Below are positions 1-8,269 of a stretch of 33,741 bases of DNA, in pieces. How positions within the stretch are numbered: position 1 is the first letter of the stretch; every line of letters starts with the position of its first letter. The DNA comes from Clostridiales bacterium. GTDB lineage: Bacteria; Bacillota; Clostridia; Oscillospirales; Ruminococcaceae. The notes under the pieces were generated by a model. The model did not search any database and was not told the DNA's origin. It saw nothing but the letters and a program-made list of their open reading frames with translations. The stretch is from NCBI GenBank assembly GCA_963654645.1, contig CAVKCU010000324.1:1-33741 (forward strand), read 5' to 3'. The position numbers and the translations under genes are program-made.

Positions 1-56
1 GGACGATGTTCCTTCTGGCATGGCTGCTTTTACGCCGGGAGGATGTGCGGGCATAG
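1..56 (+). CDS. 3' end of a convergent gene, probably a membrane protein (possibly an ABC permease)
   Basis: Frame from 3 reads TMFLLAWLLLRREDVRA-TAG(54-56): a hydrophobic stretch with a basic RRED tail, followed at once by a terminator hairpin. Only 17 codons are visible. Confidence 0.5.
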   Translation, partial: TMFLLAWLLLRREDVRA

Positions 57-59
57 CAC

Positions 60-99
60 AAAGGGGAGAGCACCTTCACGGTTGCTCTCCCCCTTTTTT
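60..99. terminator. Bidirectional intrinsic terminator closing the phage-like cluster
   Basis: aaaggggagagca-ccttcacggt-tgctctcccc followed by a T run; lies between two convergent stop codons. Confidence 0.85.
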
Positions 100-1364
100 C
101 AGCTGTTCAGCTGCTGCATGATCTTCCTGACCTCGCTGCTGGAGTATCCCTCCTTGAGCAGCTGGGTGCGGATGGCCGTATCACTGCGGCCCTGACTGCG
201 CATCCTCGCCGCGCTGTACGGCACGGTGCCGCCGCTGGAAACGCCGCTTTTGCCCACCTTCAGGCCGGTGTCACCCGTCAGGCTGCCGCGCTTCGCCGCT
301 GCATCGGCGCTGGCTTTTTCGGCAGTCCGGCTGGCCTTTTCCTGCTTGGCTGCCCACTGGCTCTTGCTCAGGTCCAGCCGCTCTGCCGCAAGGGCATTGC
401 TGACCTGCTGCTGGCGGAGTTTGTCCTGATATTCCTGCTGCGCCTGCTCGTTTTTGTACTGCTGCTGTGCCAGCTCATCCTGCCGCAGCTGCTCCTGCAT
501 TTTCTGCTTCCACGCCGTGTCGGCCCGTTCGGCTTCATAGGCGCGGTTGCCTGCATAGATGTTGTATCCGGTGTTCAGCAGGCTGCCTGCCATGCTGCCC
601 AGACCCGTGGTGCCGGTAATGGCCAGCTGGGCCGCATCGCCCAGAAGGCCCAGCACGGTCATCACATTGTTGAATCCCTGCTGGCGGCGAGCCGCCTCCT
701 GCTGTTCCTGTGCCGCGTAGTAACCGTACAGGCTGTCCAACTGGCCCAGATAATCCTGATAGCGCCCGTAATCCTGGGTGTAAGCCGTGTTGTAGGCATT
801 GCCCTTTTGTTCCAGCTGGGTGTAGTAATCCGCCAGCTCCCGCTCATACTTTTGCTGGGCATTCTGCTCCTGCCCGTTCAGCTGGTCGATCTGCTCCACC
901 AAGGCATCGCCGCCGCTCTGGTAGGTATCCAGCGCCAGCCGGTACAGCGTGGGGATGGCCTCGCTCAGTGCACCGATCTGCTGCTGGTATGCCTGCCGGG
1001 CCGCACTGGCCGCGTAGCTGGAACCATAGCCGCCGGTCAGGGCAGCGGCCTGCGCCGCCGCGTCGGCACTGGCGTTCTGGGCATTCTGGGTGTACAACTG
1101 GGCGTACTGGCGGTACAGTGGGTCGGCACCATAGCTGTAACTGAATTCCTTCCGGTCCAGCAGATCCTCCATCAGGCCGTCAATGCGGCCCTGATAGGCG
1201 CTCTCGTAATCGCCGGGGCGGTTGGCCTGCCACTGCTTCAGGTCGCTGGCCGCGTCCGTCACCTCCTGCGAGGGCCGGTACTCTGCCGAAGCCAGCGCTT
1301 TTTCCACATCCTGCCGGTTTTTCAGCCCGCCCGTGGTGTACTCCTGCTTCTTTTTCTCGCTCAT
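99..1364 (-). CDS. Putative virion internal/DNA-ejection protein, 421 aa
   Basis: Q/A/Y-rich predicted helical protein with a Gly-rich hydrophobic segment (VMTVLGLLGDAAQLAITGTTGLGSMAG). Last gene after the nozzle-like gene. RBS AAGGAGGAG; ATGA overlap with the upstream ORF. Function inferred from position and composition. Confidence 0.55.
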   Translation of the reverse strand: MSEKKKQEYTTGGLKNRQDVEKALASAEYRPSQEVTDAASDLKQWQANRPGDYESAYQGRIDGLMEDLLDRKEFSYSYGADPLYRQYAQLYTQNAQNASADAAAQAAALTGGYGSSYAASAARQAYQQQIGALSEAIPTLYRLALDTYQSGGDALVEQIDQLNGQEQNAQQKYERELADYYTQLEQKGNAYNTAYTQDYGRYQDYLGQLDSLYGYYAAQEQQEAARRQQGFNNVMTVLGLLGDAAQLAITGTTGLGSMAGSLLNTGYNIYAGNRAYEAERADTAWKQKMQEQLRQDELAQQQYKNEQAQQEYQDKLRQQQVSNALAAERLDLSKSQWAAKQEKASRTAEKASADAAAKRGSLTGDTGLKVGKSGVSSGGTVPYSAARMRSQGRSDTAIRTQLLKEGYSSSEVRKIMQQLNS

Positions 1365-1564
1365 GTCTCCTCCTTTCCCAAACTGCCGGAAAGCCTGCCC
1401 CGCAGCTCCTCCGAGAAATTCTCGGTGTCCAGATTGCAGAGCACATATTGCAATTGCTCCTGCATCTGGTACAGATAATTCCGCAGGGCCCGGGCATCCT
1501 CCGGGTCCATATTCTCACTCAGCCTGGGCAGGCCGATCTTGCCCAGGCCCGCAATGCTTGCCAT
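1361..1564 (-). CDS. Small phage-like hypothetical protein, 67 aa
   Basis: Tightly packed between neighbours (3 nt gap upstream, ATGA overlap downstream), GGAGGG RBS. Confidence 0.75.
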   Translation of the reverse strand: MASIAGLGKIGLPRLSENMDPEDARALRNYLYQMQEQLQYVLCNLDTENFSEELRGRLSGSLGKEET

Positions 1565-1567
1565 AGT

Positions 1568-3439
1568 TCATCCCTCCAGTTCCATCCAGTTTCCCTTTGC
1601 CCCGCTGAAGGTCTTGGCCAGGCTCCGCAGGGTGATCTGCCCATAGCCCCACAGCCGCAGCCGGAGCGAGGCGCACCGCCGGGGCACAAGGTGCAGATCA
1701 CAATTGCGGCGCGGGCCCTCCACCGTCAGGGCGGCAGCGGTCTCCCAGGGGCCGCCGTCATAGCTCACTTCCACAGTCACCCGGCTCCTGCAGGCGGCAT
1801 CCAGCCGCAGCGTCAGCCGGGAGAGGTACCGCTCCTCGGGGCTGTCCAGCCCCAGATCTCCGGTGGTCAGGGCAAACTCCACGCCCTGTTCCGTTCCCTC
1901 GCTTCTCTGCCCTGCCGTTTCCCGGCTGGGGTCAGCGGCCCAGAGCGCCCGGCCATCCCAGAGATAGAGCTGCCCGCCGGTGCTGGCCATCTCAAAGGAG
2001 CAGACATCCTCCTCGTGCCAGAGGCCCCGCTCGGTATCATAGACCAGCAGCCGCACCTCGTTTTCCCGGCTGACATGCAGATAATACCGGCCATCCAGCG
2101 CGCCGCCCACGGCCTGCTTCACATTGGCAAGCCGCCCGGCATCCAGCGCCGCCGACACCTTGGCCGGGATGCTGCCGTCCCACGCCATCACGCCGTCGGG
2201 CGAGAGATAGTACAGCGTCTCGTTCAGCACGCAGAGACTGCGGGCCGCGTTTCTGGCCACACCCCGGCAGCGCAGGGAGCTGAGCTGGAAATCCGAGGGC
2301 TTGGAGCCGTAGAGCTTGTGCAGGGTGTTTTCCTTGAAGAACAGCGCATAGCCCATGCAGGTGGCTGCGCCGGTAAAGGGGCCGTCGCTGCCCACGGTCA
2401 CGGCATAGCTGTCTGCCGCGATGCCCCGGTAGGAGAACCAGTTGGTGGGGTCGCCCAGCTTGCAGGCGTAGATGACATTCTCGCTGCTGGAACAGCCCCA
2501 CACCCGGTTGTCGCACTCGGTCAGGTACTCAAGGTCGGGCACCCGGCGCTCCACCTTCACACCCTCCGCCGGGAAATACTCTTCCCGCTGTGTGCCGTCC
2601 ATGCTCACCCAGACAGCACTGCTGCCATTGTGGACAAGCCTGCCGTAAAAGTGTTCGCCGCCCGGGTCAGCCCGCAGGCGCAGGGTGGTCTCGGTCACAC
2701 CGTACACGATGCGGTCGCCGTCCAGCCCGGCCCACTGGCCTGCCTGTTCAGCCCCCGTACCGGTCAGGGTCACGGTATCCCACACCCGGAACTCCGCCCC
2801 GATGCCCTCAGCGGTCACAAGGCAGTAGTCCAGGGGGATCACCGTCCAGTTGCCCGAAGCCTCGCTGTACACCTCCAGCGTGTTCTCTGCGGAATAGGGC
2901 TTGTCCGGCTCGTTCAGCTTCAGAAACAGCTGGCCGTCCTGCGGGTGTTCCGGCTCCTTCGTGCCCTTGTCCTTCACCTCGTAGGTATTCCCCGAAGCAT
3001 CACAGGGCGCAAAGCTCACGCTCAGGCTTCCCGCCTCCCAGGCAGCACCCAGCGGGGCCGCGCTGCCGTCGGCCGTATCGAACGCCACCTTGTCCGGGAA
3101 GATCAGGATCTTTGTTCCGATGCCCACCATCGTCTTGCGGCTGTCGGCCACAGCATTTTTCACGGTGACGGGCTGGGCCGGGGCATCGTCCGGGGTATAA
3201 ACCAGATCCCGCCCGCAGACGGTCAGCAGACCGTTCAGGTGGTACATCCCGTTCAGCCCGGCCAGCTCCTGCAGCCTGCGGCGGGGCAGCCGGGTGCTCA
3301 GGGCCGGGAAATCCCGGGCCGAGAAATTCATCCCCGCGCTGTACTCAGCCTCGGTGCAGCCGTAGGTCTCGTTCAGACCGCCAAAGGCCCGCAGCAGATC
3401 CCGGGTGTTCTTCACACCGGTCCGATTTGTCAGAAGCAT
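1568..3439 (-). CDS. Putative podovirus tail nozzle / packaged-DNA stabilisation protein (P22 gp10/T7 gp12-like role), 623 aa
   Basis: N-terminal FGGLN motif, beta-rich repeats (NRVWG, GDPTNW, LYYLSPDGV, LLVYD...W), position after the adaptor, RBS AAGGGAGG. Family assigned by pattern and synteny only. Confidence 0.65.
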   Translation of the reverse strand: MLLTNRTGVKNTRDLLRAFGGLNETYGCTEAEYSAGMNFSARDFPALSTRLPRRRLQELAGLNGMYHLNGLLTVCGRDLVYTPDDAPAQPVTVKNAVADSRKTMVGIGTKILIFPDKVAFDTADGSAAPLGAAWEAGSLSVSFAPCDASGNTYEVKDKGTKEPEHPQDGQLFLKLNEPDKPYSAENTLEVYSEASGNWTVIPLDYCLVTAEGIGAEFRVWDTVTLTGTGAEQAGQWAGLDGDRIVYGVTETTLRLRADPGGEHFYGRLVHNGSSAVWVSMDGTQREEYFPAEGVKVERRVPDLEYLTECDNRVWGCSSSENVIYACKLGDPTNWFSYRGIAADSYAVTVGSDGPFTGAATCMGYALFFKENTLHKLYGSKPSDFQLSSLRCRGVARNAARSLCVLNETLYYLSPDGVMAWDGSIPAKVSAALDAGRLANVKQAVGGALDGRYYLHVSRENEVRLLVYDTERGLWHEEDVCSFEMASTGGQLYLWDGRALWAADPSRETAGQRSEGTEQGVEFALTTGDLGLDSPEERYLSRLTLRLDAACRSRVTVEVSYDGGPWETAAALTVEGPRRNCDLHLVPRRCASLRLRLWGYGQITLRSLAKTFSGAKGNWMELEG

Positions 3440-3454
3440 CCACTTTCCTCCCTT

Positions 3455-3838
3455 TCACCACCGCCACTGCGCACCGCGCTTCGGCTTTGCACGCCGCCGC
3501 AGCCAGGCGCTCAGCTCGGCCAGAATGCTGTTATACCGGGCCTGCTCCCCGGCGTAACGTTCCGTCTCGCCCAGGGCAGCATCCAGCTTTGCGCAGAGGT
3601 AATGCGGGTAGAGCGCATCAAAAGGCACGGGGACCAGCAGCTCTACAGCATCGTCCAGACCTCCCTCCGCAGGCCAGGCAAGGTCTGCCCCCACCCCGGC
3701 CCGCAGCCCGCAGGCGGCAAACAGCAGGGCCCGCAGCATTCCGTCCTCCTCACAGAGCCAGCGCTGCCGGGTGCGGCTGTCCACCTTGCAGCCCGGCCGC
3801 AGTTCCTCGGCCCGTTCCAGAGCCTGTCCCACTGTCAT
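3455..3838 (-). CDS. Putative head-tail adaptor protein, 127 aa
   Basis: Start reassigned to MTVGQAL (ATG 3838, RBS GAGGGG). Helical protein with LLVPVPFDALYPHYL, located between capsid and nozzle genes. Confidence 0.6.
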   Translation of the reverse strand: MTVGQALERAEELRPGCKVDSRTRQRWLCEEDGMLRALLFAACGLRAGVGADLAWPAEGGLDDAVELLVPVPFDALYPHYLCAKLDAALGETERYAGEQARYNSILAELSAWLRRRAKPKRGAQWRW

Positions 3839-3842
3839 GCTC

Positions 3843-4055
3843 TCACCCCTCGATCCTCTCGGCGGCGGCAATGCGGGCAGCGGTGCGCTCATCCTGCACC
3901 TGGCTGTGCTCCAGCACCTCTGCCACCTCGGGCGGCACTTCCACCTCCACGCCCCGGCGGATCTTATAGCTCACGCCGTTCACGCTCACAAACAGGTCAC
4001 CTTTGTACCGGCTGTTGTCCTTGAACAGCCGGATGCGTACGTTTTTCTTGTCCAT
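3843..4055 (-). CDS. Small phage protein following the major capsid gene, 70 aa
   Basis: RBS GAAAGGA; FVSVNG...IRRGVEVEVPPEVAEVL pattern resembles small capsid-adjacent proteins. Confidence 0.7.
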   Translation of the reverse strand: MDKKNVRIRLFKDNSRYKGDLFVSVNGVSYKIRRGVEVEVPPEVAEVLEHSQVQDERTAARIAAAERIEG

Positions 4056-4144
4056 TTTTCATCCTTTCTGCCCTCTGTCGCAGGGGCACTGCCTTTTCCG
4101 CCTCGCCTGGTTTCGTTCATCCAGCAGGGCTTGCCCGGTTTGCC

Positions 4145-4190
4145 AAGGGCTCCCCTACTAGGGGAGCTGGCGCGAAGCGCCTGAGAGGTT
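4145..4190 (+). repeat. REP-like palindromic unit (single copy)
   Basis: ggctcccc-tacta-ggggagctg-gcgcgaagcgc-ctgagagg; ends at the capsid stop codon. Confidence 0.85.
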
Positions 4191-5188
4191 TAATTCGCAC
4201 TCGCATTCTCTGAGTAGCTGGATACACTCTCAATGCGCACCATGTACTGCTCCACCAGACGCTCGGCGGCGCGCATTCCCTTCCAGCCCACGGAAGCGCG
4301 CTGGTTCAGCGGGTCGTCGCCATAGCCCAGCTGCTTGACGATGTGTTCCAGGCCGCCGCCCTCCAGCTCGGTCACACCGTAGGCATGGGCACCCAGCACC
4401 AGCGTGCCGAACACGGCCAGACCGCTGGGGCAGGTGGTGTCCTTCCAGATCTTGGCCTCGCTGGTCTCCACAAAGCGGATATTGCCCAGCTTGCCGATCT
4501 CGCCGCGGTACATGGTCTCAGGGTCGGCATACTTGTGCGCCTCAATGAATTCCCTGCAGGTCTTCAGGTCATAGGCGGCATAGGGGTGGATGATGGCAAT
4601 GTAGCTGTCACCGATGGGGTCCGCGTTCATGGCACCCAGCTGCGCCGCCGCCCGGAAGAACAGCTTCGGGGTCAGGGTGCAGGTCTTGTCCAGCTCCTTG
4701 CGGCTCTTCACCTCCGTTTCGGTGCCGTCTGCATTCTGCTTGGGGGCATACAGCACATTGGTGCCGCCCGCCAGCACATCACGGGTGATGCTGTCCATGG
4801 TGCGGCCCGCCTGGCTTGCCAGCACACGGGTGGCCTGCACCACGTTGTTGTCGATGGCGGTCATCTGCAGCACGTCAGTCAGCGGGGTCCAGCCGCCATA
4901 CTGGTGCAGGTCGCTGGTGATGGTGGTCACGTTCAGGGTCTGGCCGTTGGGGGTCACACCCTCGGTCAGCGGGGTGGTGGCCTTGGGCAGGCTGTCGTAC
5001 TTGCGGAACTCGATGGTCTTGCCGCCGTTCTGGGGCACAGGATAGTAATCCGCAAACTGGTCATGCACCAGCCGGGGCTCTGCCTGGTCGATGAGGCGCT
5101 TCTCGTAGAAGGTCTTCATCTCCGGGGTCATGGTGGTGGTGGAGTTCAGGGGAGTTTCGGCAAACAGCTGAATGTTGAAGTTGTTCAT
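4190..5188 (-). CDS. Major capsid protein, N4-gp56 family, ~332 aa
   Basis: Motifs LTEGVTP, QYG, GEIG..GNIRFVET, DPLNQRASVGWK. Start reassigned to MNNFNIQLFAE (ATG 5188, AAAGGA RBS at 8 nt). The N-terminus carries a Prp-type IQLF/A motif. Confidence 0.9.
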   Translation of the reverse strand: MNNFNIQLFAETPLNSTTTMTPEMKTFYEKRLIDQAEPRLVHDQFADYYPVPQNGGKTIEFRKYDSLPKATTPLTEGVTPNGQTLNVTTITSDLHQYGGWTPLTDVLQMTAIDNNVVQATRVLASQAGRTMDSITRDVLAGGTNVLYAPKQNADGTETEVKSRKELDKTCTLTPKLFFRAAAQLGAMNADPIGDSYIAIIHPYAAYDLKTCREFIEAHKYADPETMYRGEIGKLGNIRFVETSEAKIWKDTTCPSGLAVFGTLVLGAHAYGVTELEGGGLEHIVKQLGYGDDPLNQRASVGWKGMRAAERLVEQYMVRIESVSSYSENASAN

Positions 5189-5216
5189 AGTCATTATCCT
5201 TTCTTTCATTGATTTC

Positions 5217-5280
5217 AAGCTCCCCCTTCGGGGGAGCTCCGCAAGGCGCTGGCAAAGCCAGACCGAAGCGGTGAGAGGGT
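5217..5280 (+). repeat. REP-like palindromic unit (single copy)
   Basis: agctcccc-cttcg-ggggagctc...ctggcaaagccag...gtgagaggg. Confidence 0.8.
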
Positions 5281-5286
5281 TTTCCC

Positions 5287-6234
5287 TCAAAAACTGATCT
5301 TTGCACCATGGAGCGCCTGACGCTCCAGCGCTTCCCGCTGGCTGCGGGTCATCCGGTTCACGTCCGCACCGGTCACGGCGGCGCTGCCGGGGTGGGTGCC
5401 GTTTTCAGCAGGGCGTGCCCCGCGCTGGCGGATGCGCTCCACCACGCCCTGCTCCACGGTGCGGGCAGTCTGGCGCATGGCATCCCCGTAGTGGGCCAGC
5501 CGGTAGGCATCCAGCATCCGCATCCCGGGCAGCTGCATCAGGCGGCGCATCTCGGGGTCTGCCAGCTCCTTTTGCAGGGAAAACTCCGGCACTGCCCGGC
5601 GCATCATGGCCTCCTCGGCAGCCCAGCGCCGGTGCAGGGCATCCACAGCCTGGCTTCCCGGGAAACGTTTTGGAAGCGCAGGGCGGGGCGGTTCCTGCCC
5701 TTCTTCCGCCTTGACCGGTTCGGTCTCTTTCACCTCCTTCTCCCCCTCCGGGGCGGTCGTCTCCTGCTTTGCGTCCGCTTTCTCACCGGGCTTCAGGGTA
5801 CCCGATGCCACAGCCTGCTGCTCCTGGGCCGCGCTCAGGGCAGGGGCAGCCGCTTCGCCGCCGTCAGCAAACAGCTGCAGATCCATCATCTCCTGCTTGC
5901 CCCGGGCACTCCGGTCAGCAAAGTGGACATTGTCCGGGTAGCGCTCGGCCAGCAGGGCAAAGCCCGCCTTGGCCAGCTCAAAGGCCCCCTCGACCCATGC
6001 GGTACAGGGCCGGGCGGCAGTCACCGTCAGGCGGGGGCCATCGGGCTCGTCAAAAGCATCGCTGTGGGCGTTTTCCTCGCCCGCCAGCAGGCTGACCAGT
6101 GCCTGCATCAGGGTGCTGACACCGGCACACACGATATCCTGCCCTGCCGGGGCATAGCCTGCATGGCCCGCCGCCTCCAGACGCATGGCCGGGCCGTAAG
6201 GGCCGTCCAATTCCGTATAATTCACTTTGATCAT
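5287..6234 (-). CDS. Prp-family cysteine protease fused to a putative capsid scaffold protein, 315 aa
   Basis: Start MIKVNY (ATG 6234, RBS AAGGAGG). Prp signature GHAGYAPAGQDIVCAGVSTL and LAERYPDNV, then MMDLQLFADG (5866-5889) and an acidic low-complexity/helical scaffold-like domain directly upstream of the MCP. Confidence 0.85.
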   Translation of the reverse strand: MIKVNYTELDGPYGPAMRLEAAGHAGYAPAGQDIVCAGVSTLMQALVSLLAGEENAHSDAFDEPDGPRLTVTAARPCTAWVEGAFELAKAGFALLAERYPDNVHFADRSARGKQEMMDLQLFADGGEAAAPALSAAQEQQAVASGTLKPGEKADAKQETTAPEGEKEVKETEPVKAEEGQEPPRPALPKRFPGSQAVDALHRRWAAEEAMMRRAVPEFSLQKELADPEMRRLMQLPGMRMLDAYRLAHYGDAMRQTARTVEQGVVERIRQRGARPAENGTHPGSAAVTGADVNRMTRSQREALERQALHGAKISF

Positions 6235-6255
6235 TTCTGCCTCCTTCTCATGTAA

Positions 6256-6365
6256 AACCTCTCCGTCACCTGCGGTGCCGCCTCCCCTCATAGGGGAGGC
6301 AAGCCAGCAGCAGCGTGAACTTGGCTCTCCTGTTAGGAGAGCTGGCGCAAAGTGCCGGAGAGGTT
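6256..6365. repeat. Inverted pair of REP-like units overlapping the portal 3' end
   Basis: aacctctccgtc...cctcccctcataggggagg (6256-6300) and ggctctcctgttaggagagctg...ggagaggtt (6323-6365). Confidence 0.85.
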
Positions 6366-8069
6366 CTTCGCCAATGCTCTTGTGCTCAGATTTTCCTCCG
6401 CGCCGCTCAATTTCTCGTTGAACCGCGCGATCTGCATCTGGGCCGCCGTCAGCTTCTGTGCCAGCGTGCCGTTCTGCCGCACCCTCTGGCGCACTTTTTC
6501 GATGCCCTCAAAGTCCATCATCTCCAGTGCCGCCAGGGCCGCGTCGGCATTCTGGGGTGCAAAGAAACCCAGCTGGTAGCACTCCTTCGCCGTTTCATTC
6601 TGGGAAAGCCGGCTGAAGGTGGATTTTTTCTCAGCGCTCACCACGATATCAAACACCGGTTCCCGGCTTCCCAGCTCCACGCCGCCCATCAACCCCATGG
6701 GGCGGGCACGCAGCGCTGTCCCGGAAAAGGGCACGAACTCTCTGCCTCCGGCAGGCCCGATGACACGGAACACCCGCTCCTCATCGTAAAACTGCCGCAT
6801 CAGGTCAATGATGAGGTAGCACTCCCTTGCAAAGGCCCGGTAGGCACTTTTGAGCATATCGCGGGAGAGCTTGCTGCCCGCCTCCTGCAGGGCCGCAATG
6901 GCACTTGCCGCCGTCACACCGCCTGCGGTGCCGCCCTGGGTCATATCCCGGTTTCCGCTGATCTCCTTCAGCTCCTCAATGCGGCTGTTGCGGTAGCTCA
7001 GGCTGTTCCCCTGCAAACCGGCGGTCTGCAACGGGCGGAAACTCTCGTCTCCCAGCCGCCCGGCCACATGGACGATGTCCCGGCTGAGATCCGCCAGTTC
7101 CTCCTCGTTCACGCCCGCCGTGTCGCTGAGCACATACCGCTGCTTGGATGCCAGCAGGACATTTTCATCCATGGCATGGTTCATCCGGTCGATGGCGGTC
7201 TGGCATTCCTTCATCACATCGATATAGCCAAAGCCCGCCGGGCTGTCCTCTTCCATAAACAGCGGGTCAAACACGAAGGGATATTTCCCGTGGTCGTAAA
7301 AGCCCCGCCCGGCAAGTGCCGGGTCGTTCTCGCTGGCGTAGAGCACCACACCGTTGCAGAACTTGCAGTAGTGGAGCAGGGTGCGTCCGGCCTCGTCCGG
7401 CTTTTTGTAGTACCAGTCCACCACCACGCTTTTTTCGGTGGTGTCCAGCCCGCCGTCGTGGAGAAAACGAGGCACATCCAGCACACTGGCGCTGTGGCCC
7501 TTCAGCTGGGGCCAGCGGTTTTCCAGCTGTTTTGTGTTCTCCATGCTCAGGGAGAAAAAGTGGGGCGAGGCCTGGATATCCGCCACGCCCGGCTCCCAGT
7601 AGAGCATGAGCAGATTCATGGGCCGGATGGCGATCTCTCCCACGCCGCCCCGGGCCTCCGGGTCCCAGAACACGCCCTTGACCCCGGTGCCCTGCTTGAG
7701 CTTGCGCCACCAGGTGTCGCTGTACACCTGTTCATAGTCTGCCTGCTCCAGCACCACCGGCAGGATGCTGGAAAGCACCTGTGCGGTCTGCGCATCGTCT
7801 GCCGCCCGGGGCAGAACATTGGGGGCTGGGTAATTGTCCATGGCATCGGCGTGCTTGTTGGCAATGCTGTTGAACAGCCACCCACTGGCAGGCTGGGGCT
7901 TGCCCTCCATCATGGGGTTCTGGTAGTTCTTCCAGTGTCCCATCCGGAACCACAGCTCGTTGTCCACAATGCGTTTGTCCAGCGCGGCCTTTCCGGCCTT
8001 GTATTTCTGTAAAATGGCCGTGGCTTCGGCCACCTGCTCTGTACCGATCATGTCCGTAATATTTTCCAA
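6333..8069 (-). CDS. Portal protein (podovirus/P22-like), ~578 aa
   Basis: Lies between TerL and the protease/scaffold gene, size ~580 aa, YPFV...GFGY and TAASAIAALQEAG segments. Probable TTG start at 8069 behind AAGGAGG. Confidence 0.85.
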   Translation of the reverse strand: MENITDMIGTEQVAEATAILQKYKAGKAALDKRIVDNELWFRMGHWKNYQNPMMEGKPQPASGWLFNSIANKHADAMDNYPAPNVLPRAADDAQTAQVLSSILPVVLEQADYEQVYSDTWWRKLKQGTGVKGVFWDPEARGGVGEIAIRPMNLLMLYWEPGVADIQASPHFFSLSMENTKQLENRWPQLKGHSASVLDVPRFLHDGGLDTTEKSVVVDWYYKKPDEAGRTLLHYCKFCNGVVLYASENDPALAGRGFYDHGKYPFVFDPLFMEEDSPAGFGYIDVMKECQTAIDRMNHAMDENVLLASKQRYVLSDTAGVNEEELADLSRDIVHVAGRLGDESFRPLQTAGLQGNSLSYRNSRIEELKEISGNRDMTQGGTAGGVTAASAIAALQEAGSKLSRDMLKSAYRAFARECYLIIDLMRQFYDEERVFRVIGPAGGREFVPFSGTALRARPMGLMGGVELGSREPVFDIVVSAEKKSTFSRLSQNETAKECYQLGFFAPQNADAALAALEMMDFEGIEKVRQRVRQNGTLAQKLTAAQMQIARFNEKLSGAEENLSTRALAKNLSGTLRQLS

Positions 8070-8112
8070 GTTTTCCTCCTTGCTGCCTCTCAGGCAGGTT
8101 TCGTTTTTGTCC

Positions 8113-8245
8113 AACCTCTCCGTCTTTGCTTCGCAAATCCACCTCCCCTAGTAGGGGAGGCCTTGGCAGTCCCCGCAAAGTTCCCGGTTTCGCCAGAGGC
8201 TCCCCTACTAGGGGAGCTGTCGAGCGTATGCGAGACTGAGAGGTT
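8113..8245. repeat. Inverted pair of REP-like units between terL and portal
   Basis: aacctctccgtc...ccacctcccctagtaggggagg and ggctcccctactaggggagctg...ctgagaggtt. Confidence 0.9.
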
Positions 8246-8269
8246 GTACAGAGCAGAGCCTTTCCATAG

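Noticed and set aside
1448..4024. 858-aa plus-strand ORF and other long antisense ORFs (e.g. 6315-8012, 8297-9766, 11123-13117, 18767-20500, 30506-32623)
   Set aside because: Shadow frames opposite well-supported genes in GC-rich DNA, with no recognisable motifs.
4190..5188. Encapsulin nanocompartment
   Set aside because: The capsid gene is accompanied by terminase, portal and tail-like genes, which indicates DNA packaging.
5189..5290. N-terminal extensions in the ORF track for the capsid (and likewise portal, Prp-scaffold, TerL, PLC, murC)
   Set aside because: The extensions run through repeats, upstream genes or intergenic DNA, and downstream starts have better RBSs.
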